Of a stretch of 64,000 nt of DNA, positions 1 through 10,100 are shown in pieces. The first letter of the stretch is position 1, and every line of letters starts with the position of its first letter. A program made the translations under genes and the position numbers. Under the pieces are notes generated by a model, which saw only the letters and a list, made by a program, of their open reading frames with translations, was not told where the DNA came from and made no database searches. The DNA is taken from NCBI RefSeq assembly GCF_051132245.1, contig NZ_CP081184.1; one strand, written 5' to 3'. Origin of the DNA: Riemerella anatipestifer. GTDB lineage: Bacteria > Bacteroidota > Bacteroidia > Flavobacteriales > Weeksellaceae.

Positions 1-3000
1 TTCCGCTTATGGGGGCTCATTTACGGGTGGGCTTAATTATACCAACTCCGTTACACAGAGCCGCATCCAGTTTTTGGATATGAACGGCGACGGCTTGGCA
101 GACCGTGTGGTGTATGGCGATAGCCATACGCTGGTGTATCAGAATTTAGGCAACACTTGGGACACAACGCCTTTGGTTATTCCTAAAGTAGCGGGCAACC
201 CTATTGCCGTAAACCGAGCGATTAGCTACGGGGGCAGTGCCAAGTATTCGGTGTATTTCAAATTTAAGTTCATCAAATTTGGCTTCACGGCGGGGGGCTT
301 TGCAGGTAAGAGTACCAGCCGAATGGAGGCGGCGTTTATGGATGTGGACGGCGATGGCGATTTAGACTACATCTTGTCCGATGGCGAGGACGACCTCCGT
401 GTGGCGACCTCTAATATACGCCGTACCAATAGGCTTAAAAGCGTTAAAAATGCCACGGGTAGTACCTTCGAGGTTGATTACGAGTGGGTGGCGCCTACTT
501 ACGAAAACCCTAACAGCAAGTGGGTGCTAAGCAAGGTAACCACTTTTGACGGACATCAAGGCGATGGCGAGGACTATACCGTGAGCCGTTTCACCTATAA
601 AGACCCGTACTACGACCGCCGCGAGCGGGAGTTTTATGGGTTTGCCGAAGTAAAGCAGGAACAGCTGAACCCTAAGGACGGCAAGGTGCTAAGAACTTCC
701 GTGCAGCACTATTATAACAGGGATTACTTCCGCAAATCGTTGGCGAAAAACAGCTATACCTTAGACGCCCAAGGGCGAAAACTCACCGAAAGCACCGTGC
801 AGTATCAGATTAAAAACGCCCGTACCAATACCGATTGGGAGGCGGAGCGTTTGGCACTGCCTGAAAGCGATGCCATTTCGGTCTTTATTGCCCCTACGGA
901 AACCACCGAACGCCAATACGAGGGGTCGGGGTATTTGGAGCACAAAATCGCCCAAAGCTACGATGCTAAGGGGAACATCACCACTTATCAAGACTTTGGC
1001 ACGGGCAATCCCAACTCGGCACTCAAAGCCGAAATCACTTACTACGAGAGCGAAATCCCTTACTTTGGGGGCATTGCCAAGAGCATCACGGTTCACGATG
1101 CCAACGGTTTGGTACGGAAACGCGAGGCGGACATCAACCCGCAAACGGCAGAAACCACCCAAATCCGCAACTATTTTTCGGCAGACCGCTACGCCCGCAC
1201 CGACTTGTCTTACGATGCGTACGGCAACCTTGCCCAAATCACAGGGGCGGAGAACCACAAAGGGGAGCGTTCCAGCCTTCGCTATGAATACGACAACGAA
1301 ACGCACAGCCACCTGACGAAAATTACCGACCATTTCGGCTACGAAACCCGCACGGCGTACGACTACCGCTTTAACGCTCCGTTGGAAGTGACCGACCGCA
1401 ACGGGGAGCAGCTGCACTATACCATAGACGCTAAGGGGCGTACCACGCACATTTTGGCGCCTAAAGAAGCAGCGGCGGGCGTGCCTTATACGGTGGCTTA
1501 CGACTATTATCCGGAAGCCAAAGTGCCTTACGCCAAAACGAGAAACTACGATACCGAGCACGGCAAAGACATCATCACTTATACCTATACCGACGGCTTA
1601 GGGCGTACGCTGCAAGTCAAGAAAACGGCGGCACTGTTCCAAGGGAAAAACCAAGCCGATGCCGAGCGCCTCATCGTATCGGGCAAACAAGTGTACGATG
1701 CTTTGGGTCGGGTGGTAGAGAGCTATTATCCCACCACCGAAACGCCAAGCGAGGCGTTCAGCACCCAAGCGTCCACGGTAACGCCTACCACTACGGCTTA
1801 CGACGAGAAAGACCGCCCAATATTGCAGACCCTTCCCGATGGCAGCACGGTAGCCACGGCTTATGAGGTGTCGGAAACAGCAGGCACCAAGACCCTTAAA
1901 ACCACCGTAACCGATGCGTTGGGCAGGGTGTCCCATAGTGCCACCGATGTTTTGGGCAGAACGCTGAAACAAGTGCAGCCTACGGGGATAGAAACCACCT
2001 ACCACTACAACGCCCAAGGCGAACTCCTAAAAGTAACCGATGCCGAAGGACACCAGACCCTAAGCGAGTACGACCTTTTGGGGCGTCGCACCCAACTCAC
2101 GCACCCCGATGCGGGCATCACCACATTGGCGTACGATGCGGCGGGCAACCTTATTCGCCGTCAGACCGCCCAAATTCGGGAGCAGATGCCCGATGCGGCG
2201 ATAGAATACCACTACGACCACAACCGCTTGCAGGAAATCCGCTACCCTAAGCACCCGGAGAACAATGTCCGTTACCATTACGGTAAGCAGAGCGAGAGCC
2301 CTCGCCGTCGGGGACGCTTGTGGTTGGTGGAGGACGCCAGCGGCGGTACCGAGTATTTCTACGGCAGTATGGGCGAGGTTGAAAAAGAAATCCGCTCGCT
2401 ACGCATCACGCCGACGGAGGTGCACACCTACATCACCGAATACGGGTACGACAGCTTTAACCGTATCCAAACGATGACTTACCCCGATGGTGAAGTCTTG
2501 GACTTTGGTTACAATCGGGCAGGGCAACTCACCACCCTCACGGGTAAAAAGGGCAATTACGAATACACCTACCTTAAACAACAAGGGTACGATGAGTTTG
2601 AGCAGAAAGTGTATCGCCAGTACGGCAACGGCACCGAAACCCGTTATACTTACGACCCTACAATGAGGCGTTTGGCGACACTCAACACCCAAAATACCAA
2701 ACGAACCTTTCAAGACAACCGCTATACTTACGATTTGGTGGGGAACATCTTGCAGGTGGAGAACCAAGTCCCAATCGTGAATTACGCTTTGGGTGGAGCA
2801 AGTAGCTATCAATACCAATACGACGAGCTTAACCGTCTGATAAGTGCCACAGGAACTTACACAGGTGAGGCGACTTCTGCGGAGTACCAGCTCCAAATGC
2901 AGTATAATAAGCTCAACGGTATTGTTCAAAAATCCTTAATCCACAAGCAAAACGGTAAGGATAAAGGCTATGTGCTGGATTATGTTTATGACAATAAGTC

Positions 3001-4720
3001 CCACCCCCACGCCCTAAGCGAACTTAAAGATTCTACTACACCGAAGCCAAGGGCTTACGAGTACGATGGCAATGGTAATCCTATCTCTTACGAGGGCTTT
3101 AAGGACTTTAGAGTAATGGTATGGGACGAGGAGAACAGACTGCAAGGTTTAAACGACAATGGCAAACTCCACCTTTACACTTACGACCACACAGGCGAAA
3201 GAGCCGTAAAAAGTAGTGCGGAAAGTCAGAAGACTGTTATCAATGGGGTAAGTTCCGCCGTCATCGTTCACGCGGAGAATTATACGGCGTACATTAACCC
3301 TTATTTTGTAGTTAATAAGGGTAAGTTTACCAAGCATTATTTTGAAGGTACAAGCCGTATTGTTTCTAAGTTAGGGGAAGGTACATTTCATCAGCCGACG
3401 GGCTTAACCGCTGGCGGTATAGACTACATTAAGCAAAGTGCGAAAGTTCAAGAGGCGATTGACAGTTACATTAGAGGTCTGAATGTCCCACCAGGTCCGC
3501 CAACCCAGCACGGTATATACGGCACACCTGACTTTACAGGTGTAGAATATCCGTCGATTGACTGGAGTGATATATCTCAAGACCAAGAGCCACCAGAGGG
3601 TTGGCCAAGACCGCCGAAGTTTAACGAGCCGGGTGATGTGCCGGGTCCACCAGTACAATACGGCGACCCCGTGAAACCCGATAATGTGAAAGGTGGGTTT
3701 GGTTATGTGGATAATGGGATAGAAGAGAAAAACTTGTATTTCTATCACCCTGACCACTTAGGTAGCAGTAGTTACATTACAGACAAAGACGGGAACATCA
3801 ATCAACATACGGAATATATGGCGTTTGGCGAAATTCTGTTTGACGAGCATAAAGTGAGCAGAAGAATGCCGTATCTTTTCAATGGTAAGGAGTTAGATAG
3901 TGAGACAGGGTTGTATTATTATGGGGCGAGGTATTATGATCCAAGAGTAAGTTTGTGGCTGAATGTAGACCCGTTAGTAGAAAAAACAATGCAACCGTAT
4001 GCTTATACTAATAATAATCCTATAATGTTGATAGATCCTGATGGTAGGGCAGCAATGCCTCCAGATGATCATTTTGATCATAATGGGAAGTTTTTATACA
4101 CAGATAACAGAAAAACAAATAATATTATCATTCATGTACCGTATATTAGAGATAATTCAAATGTTTTTCAAAGTATATCAAATAGTCTCTTTGGAACCAA
4201 ATATGGAATAGAAAAAGGAATAAATCAAGTACAGTTGAAGGATTATAAATTTAATAATGTAAAGGATTTTGCTTTATTAAATAATATAGCAAAGCACTAT
4301 GCCAAAGATGCTGATGTAGATGTTAAGAAACTATATAATGGTAATTTTTCTGTGGGAGCGTTTAATAATGTTACAGGTGTAGGATTGGCACTCTCGGGAA
4401 AAAAGATTGGTTTTAATGGTGGTGAGTTTTGGGGGATGACACAAGAAGGAGCAATTCCAATGATGCATACGGATGGAAATAAGGTTGTCATTGATATTTA
4501 TAATAACCGTATAGCGGATATTTTTTTGAATGATAAATATAACTTTATTAGTGTTTTAGGTCATGAAGGAAGTTCAAAAGGACACTTAGGTTTACCAAAT
4601 GCAAAGCATAGTACAATTTACGAAAATCAAAAACAAAGACCTCTTTTTAAGTATACAACACCAGAGTTTAAAGAGCATGTTGAAAATAATATTAAATATT
4701 ATAAAAGCAATGGAGATTAG
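1..4720 (+). CDS. Rhs/YD-repeat polymorphic toxin, 5'-truncated by window edge. The reading frame is open back to base 2. It has an N-terminal FG-GAP/SpvB-like segment, many YD repeats and an RHS core ending ...YYGARYYDPRVSLWLNVDPL...NNNPIMLIDPDGR. A ~215-aa variable C-terminal toxin domain follows (CT-1, nt ~4075-4720)
   Basis: 1548-aa ORF with repeated YDxxGN/YxYDxxG motifs and the canonical Rhs core terminus PxxxxDPxGL. The core-encoding DNA is visibly GC-rich and the CT-encoding DNA is AT-rich, as in other Rhs genes. Confidence 0.9.
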   Translation, partial: SAYGGSFTGGLNYTNSVTQSRIQFLDMNGDGLADRVVYGDSHTLVYQNLGNTWDTTPLVIPKVAGNPIAVNRAISYGGSAKYSVYFKFKFIKFGFTAGGFAGKSTSRMEAAFMDVDGDGDLDYILSDGEDDLRVATSNIRRTNRLKSVKNATGSTFEVDYEWVAPTYENPNSKWVLSKVTTFDGHQGDGEDYTVSRFTYKDPYYDRREREFYGFAEVKQEQLNPKDGKVLRTSVQHYYNRDYFRKSLAKNSYTLDAQGRKLTESTVQYQIKNARTNTDWEAERLALPESDAISVFIAPTETTERQYEGSGYLEHKIAQSYDAKGNITTYQDFGTGNPNSALKAEITYYESEIPYFGGIAKSITVHDANGLVRKREADINPQTAETTQIRNYFSADRYARTDLSYDAYGNLAQITGAENHKGERSSLRYEYDNETHSHLTKITDHFGYETRTAYDYRFNAPLEVTDRNGEQLHYTIDAKGRTTHILAPKEAAAGVPYTVAYDYYPEAKVPYAKTRNYDTEHGKDIITYTYTDGLGRTLQVKKTAALFQGKNQADAERLIVSGKQVYDALGRVVESYYPTTETPSEAFSTQASTVTPTTTAYDEKDRPILQTLPDGSTVATAYEVSETAGTKTLKTTVTDALGRVSHSATDVLGRTLKQVQPTGIETTYHYNAQGELLKVTDAEGHQTLSEYDLLGRRTQLTHPDAGITTLAYDAAGNLIRRQTAQIREQMPDAAIEYHYDHNRLQEIRYPKHPENNVRYHYGKQSESPRRRGRLWLVEDASGGTEYFYGSMGEVEKEIRSLRITPTEVHTYITEYGYDSFNRIQTMTYPDGEVLDFGYNRAGQLTTLTGKKGNYEYTYLKQQGYDEFEQKVYRQYGNGTETRYTYDPTMRRLATLNTQNTKRTFQDNRYTYDLVGNILQVENQVPIVNYALGGASSYQYQYDELNRLISATGTYTGEATSAEYQLQMQYNKLNGIVQKSLIHKQNGKDKGYVLDYVYDNKSHPHALSELKDSTTPKPRAYEYDGNGNPISYEGFKDFRVMVWDEENRLQGLNDNGKLHLYTYDHTGERAVKSSAESQKTVINGVSSAVIVHAENYTAYINPYFVVNKGKFTKHYFEGTSRIVSKLGEGTFHQPTGLTAGGIDYIKQSAKVQEAIDSYIRGLNVPPGPPTQHGIYGTPDFTGVEYPSIDWSDISQDQEPPEGWPRPPKFNEPGDVPGPPVQYGDPVKPDNVKGGFGYVDNGIEEKNLYFYHPDHLGSSSYITDKDGNINQHTEYMAFGEILFDEHKVSRRMPYLFNGKELDSETGLYYYGARYYDPRVSLWLNVDPLVEKTMQPYAYTNNNPIMLIDPDGRAAMPPDDHFDHNGKFLYTDNRKTNNIIIHVPYIRDNSNVFQSISNSLFGTKYGIEKGINQVQLKDYKFNNVKDFALLNNIAKHYAKDADVDVKKLYNGNFSVGAFNNVTGVGLALSGKKIGFNGGEFWGMTQEGAIPMMHTDGNKVVIDIYNNRIADIFLNDKYNFISVLGHEGSSKGHLGLPNAKHSTIYENQKQRPLFKYTTPEFKEHVENNIKYYKSNGD

Positions 4721-5144
4721 ATATTTTATTATGATTGTGTTTGTAAGTATTATATTGGTAGGGTGTAATTTTAAGAAAGCCCCCATTATAAAACAACAAG
4801 AACTTTTGTACAATCATTCAGAAACAGATGGTAATTGCAAAATTATACTGAAAACCGTACTCGAAATAAATGAAAATAGAAATAAATATTTTTTAGTTTT
4901 AGACAATAATAAAATAGAACTTACTCATAGTCGTAAAGTTCATGATGGAGTAGAGTATATGGTTAGTCTTAAAATAAAAGAGGCTATATGTGAAGATAGC
5001 ATGTTTGTTCATAAAATCAAAAATAGTATTATAACGGATTTAAAAAATGAAAAGATAAGTAAAAGTAAAAACTATAAATTTGATGTAAGGTCTACAGTAT
5101 GGATAGGAAATGATGAAGAAAAACCGTATATAAATTTTAAGTAG
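4712..5144 (+). CDS. Candidate immunity protein for CT-1. Small lipoprotein-like protein (LVGC lipobox); its ATG overlaps the rhs stop (ATGGAGATTAG)
   Basis: AT-rich small ORF immediately 3' of the toxin domain with start/stop overlap, the usual toxin-immunity layout. Signal peptide with Cys. Confidence 0.5.
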
Positions 5145-5156
5145 TATATCAGGTCG

Positions 5157-5180
5157 GGTCGTGTATCAGAGTTAGTGATG
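5157..5180 (+). repeat. Cassette-boundary motif GGTCGTGTATCAGAGTTAGTGATG (copy 1)
   Basis: Near-identical 24-mer recurs directly after each immunity-gene stop codon (5157, 14912, 16712, 19281, 21283, 23815 x2, 23989; partial copy at 6598). Confidence 0.8.
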
Positions 5181-5203
5181 ATGATTTAAAATATTGAGGG
5201 ATA

Positions 5204-6199
5204 TTGTTATCCAGAGGAGAGGTTCTTTTAAATATTGGTTTAGACAAAGACGGTAACATTAGCCAACACACAGAGTATATCGCCTTTGGCGAGGTGCTGT
5301 TTGATGAGCATAAAGTAAGCCGACGAATGCCGTATCTTTTCAATGGTAAGGAGTTAGATAGTGAGACAGGACTATACTACTATGGAGCGAGGTATTACGA
5401 CCCGAGAGTAAGTTTGTGGCTGAATGTAGACCCGTTAGTAGAAAAAACAATGCAACCGTATGCTTATACGAATAATAACCCTATAATGTTGATAGACCCA
5501 ACGGGTATGGAGGCAGAGGATTGTCCTACTTGTCCAAAACCAGAGAGAGCGGAGCAAACTTTTAGGGTAAATAATAACACCTATGTTGCGACCCCTGCAC
5601 AAGAAAATTCTAATAATTTAGAGTGGGTAAAGCAGAGAGATATAGAAGGCGTAACGCTAACAAGAAACAAGGCAGATGAAAATATAAGAGCAGCAAGGTT
5701 GCGTTTAAGCCAAGCCATAGCTAATAGTCCTGCGGCTAAGTCTGTGGAACGATTTGAGAAAGGTTTAGCAATAGCAACGGGAGGTGTTATTTTAGTCCCG
5801 CTACTACCTTATGCGGTAAGTACTGGTTCTACTTCTGTATTAGCGACTAAAGCAGGTATTAGTATAGGTACACAGGTAATGGTCAGCCAAGATGTAAATT
5901 TGGTAAAGTTGGGAGCAGATACATTCTTAACTCCTTTAGCGGGTACTTTGGTTGGTAATTCATCAAACTTGAGTGCAAAACAATTAATAAATCAACGGTA
6001 TGAAAGTGCTTTTTCAATGTCCTCAAAGCAAGAGTTATTTGTTGGGGTAAGTACTGATTTGGTTTTTATGGGGCGTAATAATTTATATAAAAGAGCAGGT
6101 CTTCCAATAGTAGGGAATACTATAATTGAAGTACAATCCGAAATACTTTCACAAGAAATATCAAAACATATTCAAATAAAATTAAATAATGGAAAATAG
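5204..6199 (+). CDS. Orphan Rhs C-terminal fragment. It has only the last ~100 aa of the RHS core (DKDGNISQHTEY...DPTGMEAEDCPTCPKP) plus a distinct Gly/Ala-rich hydrophobic CT (CT-2)
   Basis: Homology to main rhs residues ~1240-1335 starts at nt ~5237. Different C-terminal domain. No YD-repeat body. Confidence 0.7.
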   Translation: MLSRGEVLLNIGLDKDGNISQHTEYIAFGEVLFDEHKVSRRMPYLFNGKELDSETGLYYYGARYYDPRVSLWLNVDPLVEKTMQPYAYTNNNPIMLIDPTGMEAEDCPTCPKPERAEQTFRVNNNTYVATPAQENSNNLEWVKQRDIEGVTLTRNKADENIRAARLRLSQAIANSPAAKSVERFEKGLAIATGGVILVPLLPYAVSTGSTSVLATKAGISIGTQVMVSQDVNLVKLGADTFLTPLAGTLVGNSSNLSAKQLINQRYESAFSMSSKQELFVGVSTDLVFMGRNNLYKRAGLPIVGNTIIEVQSEILSQEISKHIQIKLNNGK

Positions 6200-6593
6200 T
6201 AAGAAGAATACAGTATTGTTTATATCTTTTGTTATAATTATTACGACTACTGTTTTTACATATCGAAAATTTGTTTTGTTGCCAAATTTTGCCTTAAATG
6301 GAAAATATACGATAGGGGTTGTTGATAAAGTTGAGATGAGTATGAAGGGAAGTATATATAACATATATTTCAAGTATAAAGTTGGAGATATTCTATATTA
6401 TTCTAACAGTTCTCATAAAGTATCAGGTAATCCTAAGAAGATTTACGGGAAAAAGTTTATGGTAAATTACTTAGATGATAACAAAGAAAAATCGGAGATT
6501 ATATTGAGTATTCCTATCCCTGATAGTATAAAATCCGCTCCTGCTGAGGGTTGGAAAGAATTACCAGAATGGGCAAAGAAGGAGAAGAAGTAA
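6189..6593 (+). CDS. Candidate immunity protein for CT-2 (N-terminal TM helix)
   Basis: AT-rich ORF overlapping the orphan-CT stop. Followed by a partial boundary motif at 6598. Confidence 0.45.
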   Translation: MENSKKNTVLFISFVIIITTTVFTYRKFVLLPNFALNGKYTIGVVDKVEMSMKGSIYNIYFKYKVGDILYYSNSSHKVSGNPKKIYGKKFMVNYLDDNKEKSEIILSIPIPDSIKSAPAEGWKELPEWAKKEKK

Positions 6594-6597
6594 TGTA

Positions 6598-6735
6598 TTA
6601 AAGTTAGTGATGCTTATCTCCTATTCACTGCATCAGCCTTGCGTAAAATTTCCATCGAGATGGAAATTTTCCTCCATCGAGATGGAGATTTTTTTCCATC
6701 GAGGAGGAAAAAAGTTTGGGGCGGAGAAGAAATTT
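6598..6735. repeat. Palindromic REP/MITE-like element family A, copy 1 (core AAAATTTCCATC-GA-GATGGAAATTTT). Its 5' end carries a partial cassette-boundary motif (AAGTTAGTGATGCTTATCTCCTATTCACTGCATCAG)
   Basis: Same element at 25718-25850 and 45343-45412, with core CTCGCGTAAAATTTCC-N8-GGAAATTTTACGCGAG. Confidence 0.7.
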
Positions 6736-6775
6736 TGTTAGCTTTGGATAGTAATAATTTTTTAATTGTAATGTT

Positions 6776-7153
6776 ATGAAATACAAGTTAGTACAAAGAG
6801 GGAAACCCGGAGATTCGGAAGCCCCAAAGAAGTGGTACGCAAACCCTGTAAAAACGGGAAGCGTTAATCAAAAAAGCCTGTCCAAAGAGATTTCGGGGCG
6901 TTCCTCGCTTACGGCAGGAGATGTGAGCAATGTAATTCAGAACTTGTTGGATATTCTACCGTCAAAACTTGTGGAAGGCAACAGTGTACAGTTGGGGGAT
7001 TTCGGTACATTTAGAGTGTCTTTTTCCAGTGAAGGCGTAGATACAGAGAAAGACTTTACGACGGATAAAATTAAAGGTGTAAAAGTCTTATTCACTCCGA
7101 GTTCGGATTTTAAAAGAGTGTTAAGTGAGATGAGGTTCGAGCAGGAAAAATAA
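6776..7153 (+). CDS. Bacteroidota-type HU-family DNA-binding protein (HU-HIG-like, ~125 aa)
   Basis: Size and C-terminal KGVKVLFTPSSDFK-type HU fold signature. Sits between a family-A and a family-B repeat. Confidence 0.6.
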   Translation: MKYKLVQRGKPGDSEAPKKWYANPVKTGSVNQKSLSKEISGRSSLTAGDVSNVIQNLLDILPSKLVEGNSVQLGDFGTFRVSFSSEGVDTEKDFTTDKIKGVKVLFTPSSDFKRVLSEMRFEQEK

Positions 7154-7159
7154 GACTGA

Positions 7160-10100
7160 ATGCAGGTCGTACCTTCTAAAGCGTTGTGTTATTCGCGTAA
7201 GGGATGGCAGCGGTTACCCCACAGGCACAAAGCGGTGGGGTCTTTTGATGTAGGTGTGGCGAGGAGTAAAAGCGAACAGCCCGACCCGAGTAGTGGGTTT
7301 CAGCATTGGCGGGGGATACGCCCAAGAAAAGGAAAAGGACGCCAACTCACAGACAAAGGGGAGCGTTCGAGCCTTCGCTATGAATACGACGAGGAAACGC
7401 ACAGCCACCTGACGAAAATTACCGACCATTTCGGCTACGAAACCCGCACGGCGTACGACTACCGCTTTAACGCTCCGTTGGAAGTTACCGACCGCAACGG
7501 GGAGCAGCTGCACTATACCATAGACGCTAAGGGGCGTACCACGCATATTTTGGCGCCTAAAGAAGCAGCGGCGGGCGTGCCTTACACGGTGGCTTACGAC
7601 TATTATCCGGAAGCCAAAGTGCCTTACGCCAAAACAAGAAACTACGATGCCGAGCACGGCAAAGACATCATCACTTATACCTATACCGACGGCTTAGGGC
7701 GTACGCTGCAAGTCAAGAAAACGGCGGCACTGTTCCAAGGGAAAAACCAAGCCGATGCCGAGCGCCTCATTGTATCGGGCAAACAAGTGTACGATGCTTT
7801 GGGTCGGGTGGTAGAGAGCTATTACCCGACTACCGAAACGCCAAGCGAAGCGTTCAGCACCCAAGTTTCTACGGTAACGCCTACCACTACGGCTTACGAC
7901 GAGAAAGACCGCCCAATATTGCAAACCCTTCCCGATGGCAGCACGGTAGCCACGGCTTATGAGGTGTCGGAAACAGCAGGCACCAAGACCCTTAAAACCA
8001 CCGTAACCGATGCGTTGGGCAGGGTGTCCCATAGTGCCACCGATGTTTTGGGCAGAACGCTGAAACAGGTGCAGCCTACGGGGATAGAAACCACCTACCA
8101 CTACAACGCCCAAGGCGAACTCCTAAAAGTAACCGATGCCGAGGGACACCAGACCCTGAGCGAGTACGATCTTTTGGGGCGTCGCACCCAACTCACGCAC
8201 CCCGATGCGGGCATCACCACATTGGCGTACGATGCGGCGGGCAACCTTATACGCCGTCAGACCGCCCAAATTAGGGAGCAGATGCCCGATGCGGCGATAG
8301 AATACCACTACGACCACAACCGCTTGCAGGAAATCCGCTACCCTAAGCACCCGGAGAACAATGTCCGTTACCATTACGGTAAGCAGAGCGAGAGCCCTCG
8401 CCGTCGGGGACGCTTGTGGCTGGTGGAGGACGCCAGCGGTGGCACCGAGTATTTCTACGGCAGTATGGGCGAGGTTGAAAAAGAAATCCGCTCGCTACGC
8501 ATCACGCCGACGGAGGTGCACACCTACATCACCGAATACGGGTACGACAGCTTTAACCGTATCCAAACGATGACTTACCCCGATGGCGAAGTCTTGGACT
8601 TTGGCTACAATCGGGCGGGGCAACTCACCACCCTCACGGGGAAAAAGGGCAACTACGAATACACCTACCTTAAACAACAGGGGTACGACGAGTTCGAGCA
8701 GAAAGTGTATCGCCAGTACGGCAACGGTACTGAAACCCGTTATACTTACGACCCTACAATGAGGCGTTTGGCAACGCTCAACACCCAAAACACCAAACGA
8801 ACCTTCCAAGACAACCGCTATACTTACGATTTAGTGGGGAACATCTTGCAGGTGGAGAACCAAGTCCCAATCGTGAATTACGCTTTGGGTGGAGCTTCGT
8901 TATATAGCTATTCTTATGATGAATTGAATAGATTGGTAACGGCAGAGGGAACTTATACAGGCGACCAAAGCCAAGCCAGTTATACGCTGAATATGCAGTA
9001 TAACAAACTTAATGGCATCGTTCAAAAATCCTTAACCCACAAGCAAAACGGTAAGGACAAAGGTTATACATTAGATTATACCTATAACAATTCTAAACAC
9101 CCACACGCTTTAAGTATCCTAAAAGATACCACCACGCCTAAACCTCGCACCTATGAGTACGACGGCAATGGTAATCCGATAAGCTACGAGGGCTTTAAGG
9201 ATTTTAGAGTGATGGTATGGGACGAGGAGAACAGAATGCAAGGTTTAAACGACAATGGCAAACTCCACCTTTACACTTACGACCACACAGGCGAGAGAGC
9301 CGTAAAAAGTAGTGCGGAAAGTCAGAAGACCGTTATCAATGGCGTAAGTTCCGCCGTTATCGTTCACGCCGAGAATTACACGGCTTACATCAACCCTTAT
9401 TTTGTGGTTAATAAGGGTAAGTTTACCAAACATTACTTCGAGGGAACTTCGAGGATAGTAAGCAAACTGGGCGAAGGTACCTTTCATCAGCCAACAGGTA
9501 TAACCGCTGGTGGGATAGATTATATCAAGCAGTCAGCTAAGGTACAAGAGGCGATTGATAGTTATATTAGAGGTCTGAATGTACCACCGGGACCGCCAAC
9601 CCAGCACGGTATATACGGCACACCTGACTTTACAGGTGTGGAATATCCGTCTATTGACTGGAGTGATATATCCCAAGACCAAGAGCCACCAGAGGGTTGG
9701 CCAAGACCACCGAAGTTTAACGAACCGGGCGATGTGCCGGGTCCGCCAGTACAATACGGCGACCCAGTAAAGCCTGACAATGTTAAAGGAGGCTTTGGTT
9801 ATGTGGATAATGGGATAGAGGAAAAGAATTTATACTACTATCACCCTGACCATTTGGGTTCAAGTTCATACATTACAGATGTTAATGGTGATATAAACCA
9901 GCATACGGAGTATATGGCATTTGGTGAGGTATTGTTTGACGAACACAAGGTAAGCCGACGAATGCCGTATCTTTTCAATGGTAAGGAGTTAGACTCTGAA
10001 ACAGGGCTATACTACTACGGTGCAAGGTATTATGACCCAAGAGTATCTATATTCTTAAATGTAGACCCGTTAGTAGAAAAAACAATGCAACCGTATGCTT

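Noticed and set aside
761-3757. Multiple 60-270-codon ORFs on the minus strand, and one plus-strand out-of-frame ORF, inside the rhs genes (761..1561, 1598..2017, 2399..2929, 7214..7657, 7694..8113 and others)
   Set aside because: They lie wholly inside a long, well-supported YD-repeat reading frame. GC-rich repeat DNA gives long antisense and out-of-frame ORFs by chance. The duplicated copies reproduce them only because the DNA is duplicated.
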